DNA of 63,738 bases, counting the filler, from Octopus bimaculoides (taxonomy: Eukaryota): NCBI RefSeq assembly GCF_001194135.2. It is 5 parts of 5 records of this genome, joined end to end, with 100 filler letters (N's around TTAATTAATTAA, not from the genome) between each part and the next. Parts side by side here need not be neighbours in the genome. Positions count along the whole stretch, not along the records: positions 56,570 to 62,269 come from NC_068984.1; positions 62,370 to 63,738 come from NW_026347869.1; 3 more parts are not named here. One strand, given 5' to 3'. Made by a program: the position numbers and the translations under genes. The notes under the pieces are model-generated. The model saw nothing but the letters and a program-made list of their open reading frames with translations, was not told the DNA's origin and ran no database searches. Below are positions 61,735 to 63,738 of this stretch, one piece after another (the stretch's first letter is position 1; every line of letters begins with the position of its first letter).

Positions 61735-62269
61735 TTGCTTTTATATTTTACTTGTTTCAGCCATTGGACTGCGGCCGCGCTGGAGCACCGCCTTGAAGGA
61801 TTTTAGCTGACTAAATCAGACTCAATACTTATTTTAAAGTTCGGTAGTTATTCTATCGGTGTCTTTTATCGAACAGCTAGGCTGCGAAGTGTGTGGGGGA
61901 GGGGGAAAACACAGACACAAAGACACACTCTCACATACATATGCTCTTTTACTCTTTTACTTGTTTCAGCCATTGGACTGTGGCCATGCTGGAGCACCGC
62001 CTTTAGTCGAGCAAGTCGACCCCAGGACTTATTCTTTGTAAGCCTAGTACTTATTCTATCGGTCTCTTTTTGCCGAACCGCTAAGTTACGGGGACGTAAA
62101 CACACCAGCATCGGTTGTCAAGCGATGTTGGGTGGGGGGGGACAAACATATACACACACATACATATATATATATACATATATACGACGGGCTTCTTTCA
62201 GTTTCCGTCTACCAAATCCACTCACAAGGCTTTGGTCGGCCCGAGGCTATAGTAGAAGACACTTGCTCA
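61735..62269 (-). mobile_element. Two tandem SINE family A 3' parts
   Basis: ttttacttgtttcagccattggactg occurs at ~61746 and ~61955; the second copy runs into the linker gap. Confidence 0.88.
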
Positions 62270-62369
62270 NNNNNNNNNNNNNNNNNNNNNNNNNNNNNNN
62301 NNNNNNNNNNNNNTTAATTAATTAANNNNNNNNNNNNNNNNNNNNNNNNNNNNNNNNNNNNNNNNNNNN
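62270..62369. other. Artificial scaffolding linker
   Basis: 44N-TTAATTAATTAA-44N. Confidence 0.93.
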
Positions 62370-63738
62370 CTTATTCGACTCCAATTCTCCAGCCATTATC
62401 TTCAGCCTATCACATACAAAAAGGTTTCATAGGGCTATCTATCTCATACAGTTTTGATTCGGATTTCTGATGCTACGACATAAAGGTAAAACGTTGACAG
62501 GTTTGACGAGACCCGCATCAGTTAAATACAGAAAAGTGGTGAAGAAATGGTCATAAACAATCAATAATAGTGGTAGTAGTAACGGCAATAGCAGCAACCG
62601 TATTGATAGCAATAATTGTACAGTCGATTGTACTATGGTAAAATGTCGAAAAAGACATCGAAATATACATCGTTAAAGATCCTTTTATGCTCTACGCCAT
62701 TTCGCGCTGAATTTGTTACGAAATTGATCACAGAGTGAAGCCAGTTCCCATCTAAATGTTGTGAAGTTTATATTCGAATCATTATTTACAAATTTAAAGT
62801 GAATAACAGAAGTAAATGGAAATAGTAAGAGTGAATGGAAATTCTGGAATAGTAGACGTGAAGCTTAAATTTCTCGTTATGGAGGAGATCAGGTGAGGAG
62901 TCAATACGAGCAGGATTAGCATTGATAACAACAGCGCTAATACCATTTGCTTTATTTTGCATCTGTCCAATCACAGGTCAAATATTTGCACTCAACGTGT
63001 ATCTCTGACTTCAATGATATGCGGCTGCAACAGGTATGATGCAAATGCTGTTGGGAGAAGAGAAAAACGTGATTCGTGAGTAAGAACACATAAGGTTAAT
63101 GTCAACGTGACAATCGGAGTGACACTGAATAGGAATCATCATGAAAATATATTTAAAAAATCGAACAATAAAATAATGGTGATTAAACTAAAGAAGGCAA
63201 CATTAGAAGAAGGACAAGGGGACTAAAAATTGGACAAATCGTTGTAGCGAAAATAATGCGCCAGTCAGATTGAAGTTCAAATGCAAAAGAACGCGCTAAA
63301 TGATACTCGATACTTGAAGTGTAACATTGGGAAGAACATTAACTCAACAAGTTTAGATGTAATTAAATTTCACAGTAAATAAACTGTATCACGAAATCGA
63401 TCGTTATGGTCTGTCAGTTGGGTTAGCAAAAGAATTAATGCGCAACTTGACAAATTTATCTGAAGCAAATGGCTGAATCTGAAGCGTCAAACACCAGATT
63501 CTCGTATTTCACGACCATTTTGTGGATAAGACAAATTCATAGAGATAAAATACACCCCTCTACAGATACGAGACACCGAAAAACTTTCTCCTTACACAAG
63601 GAGACAAACTGAGATACCAGCCACTGTAACGCCAGAAAAGTAATTGCCGCATCAGCTGTACCACCAGTAGCATTTTCCCAAACTAAGGCAGAGCTTTCAG
63701 AAACATTATTTGCATTATTTACACTTGGCAGATATTTG

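Overview
AT-rich, microsatellite-dense eukaryotic DNA with many N gaps. The SINE sequences and repeat content point to an octopus (coleoid cephalopod) genome; this is inference, not a database result. I found no credible host protein-coding exon, tRNA/rRNA gene or CRISPR array, so the window looks intergenic or intronic and is mostly decayed mobile elements. These comprise a CR1-type LINE (APE endonuclease), an RTE LINE, at least eight R4/Dong-type LINE pieces (five form a same-strand head-to-tail stack in (TAA)n at 35.6-43.3 kb), four Penelope-like element (PLE) RT or GIY-YIG relics, DD37D and DD34D Tc1/mariner relics, four SINE families (labelled A-D here), MITE/foldback elements and a Helitron-like 3' end. 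The most interesting signal is a set of short repeats carrying minimal type I hammerhead ribozyme (HHR) folds with palindromic, loop-less or near loop-less helix III. One family (18.7, 53.0, 59.3 kb) keeps helix II and GAAAC-GUH but has U at the normally invariant core position A6 in both complete copies, and it sits inside microsatellites. Four 100-nt gaps (44 N + TTAATTAATTAA + 44 N) are scaffolding linkers, so adjacency across them is not sequence-supported. All translations, alignments and folds were done by eye and element boundaries are approximate.
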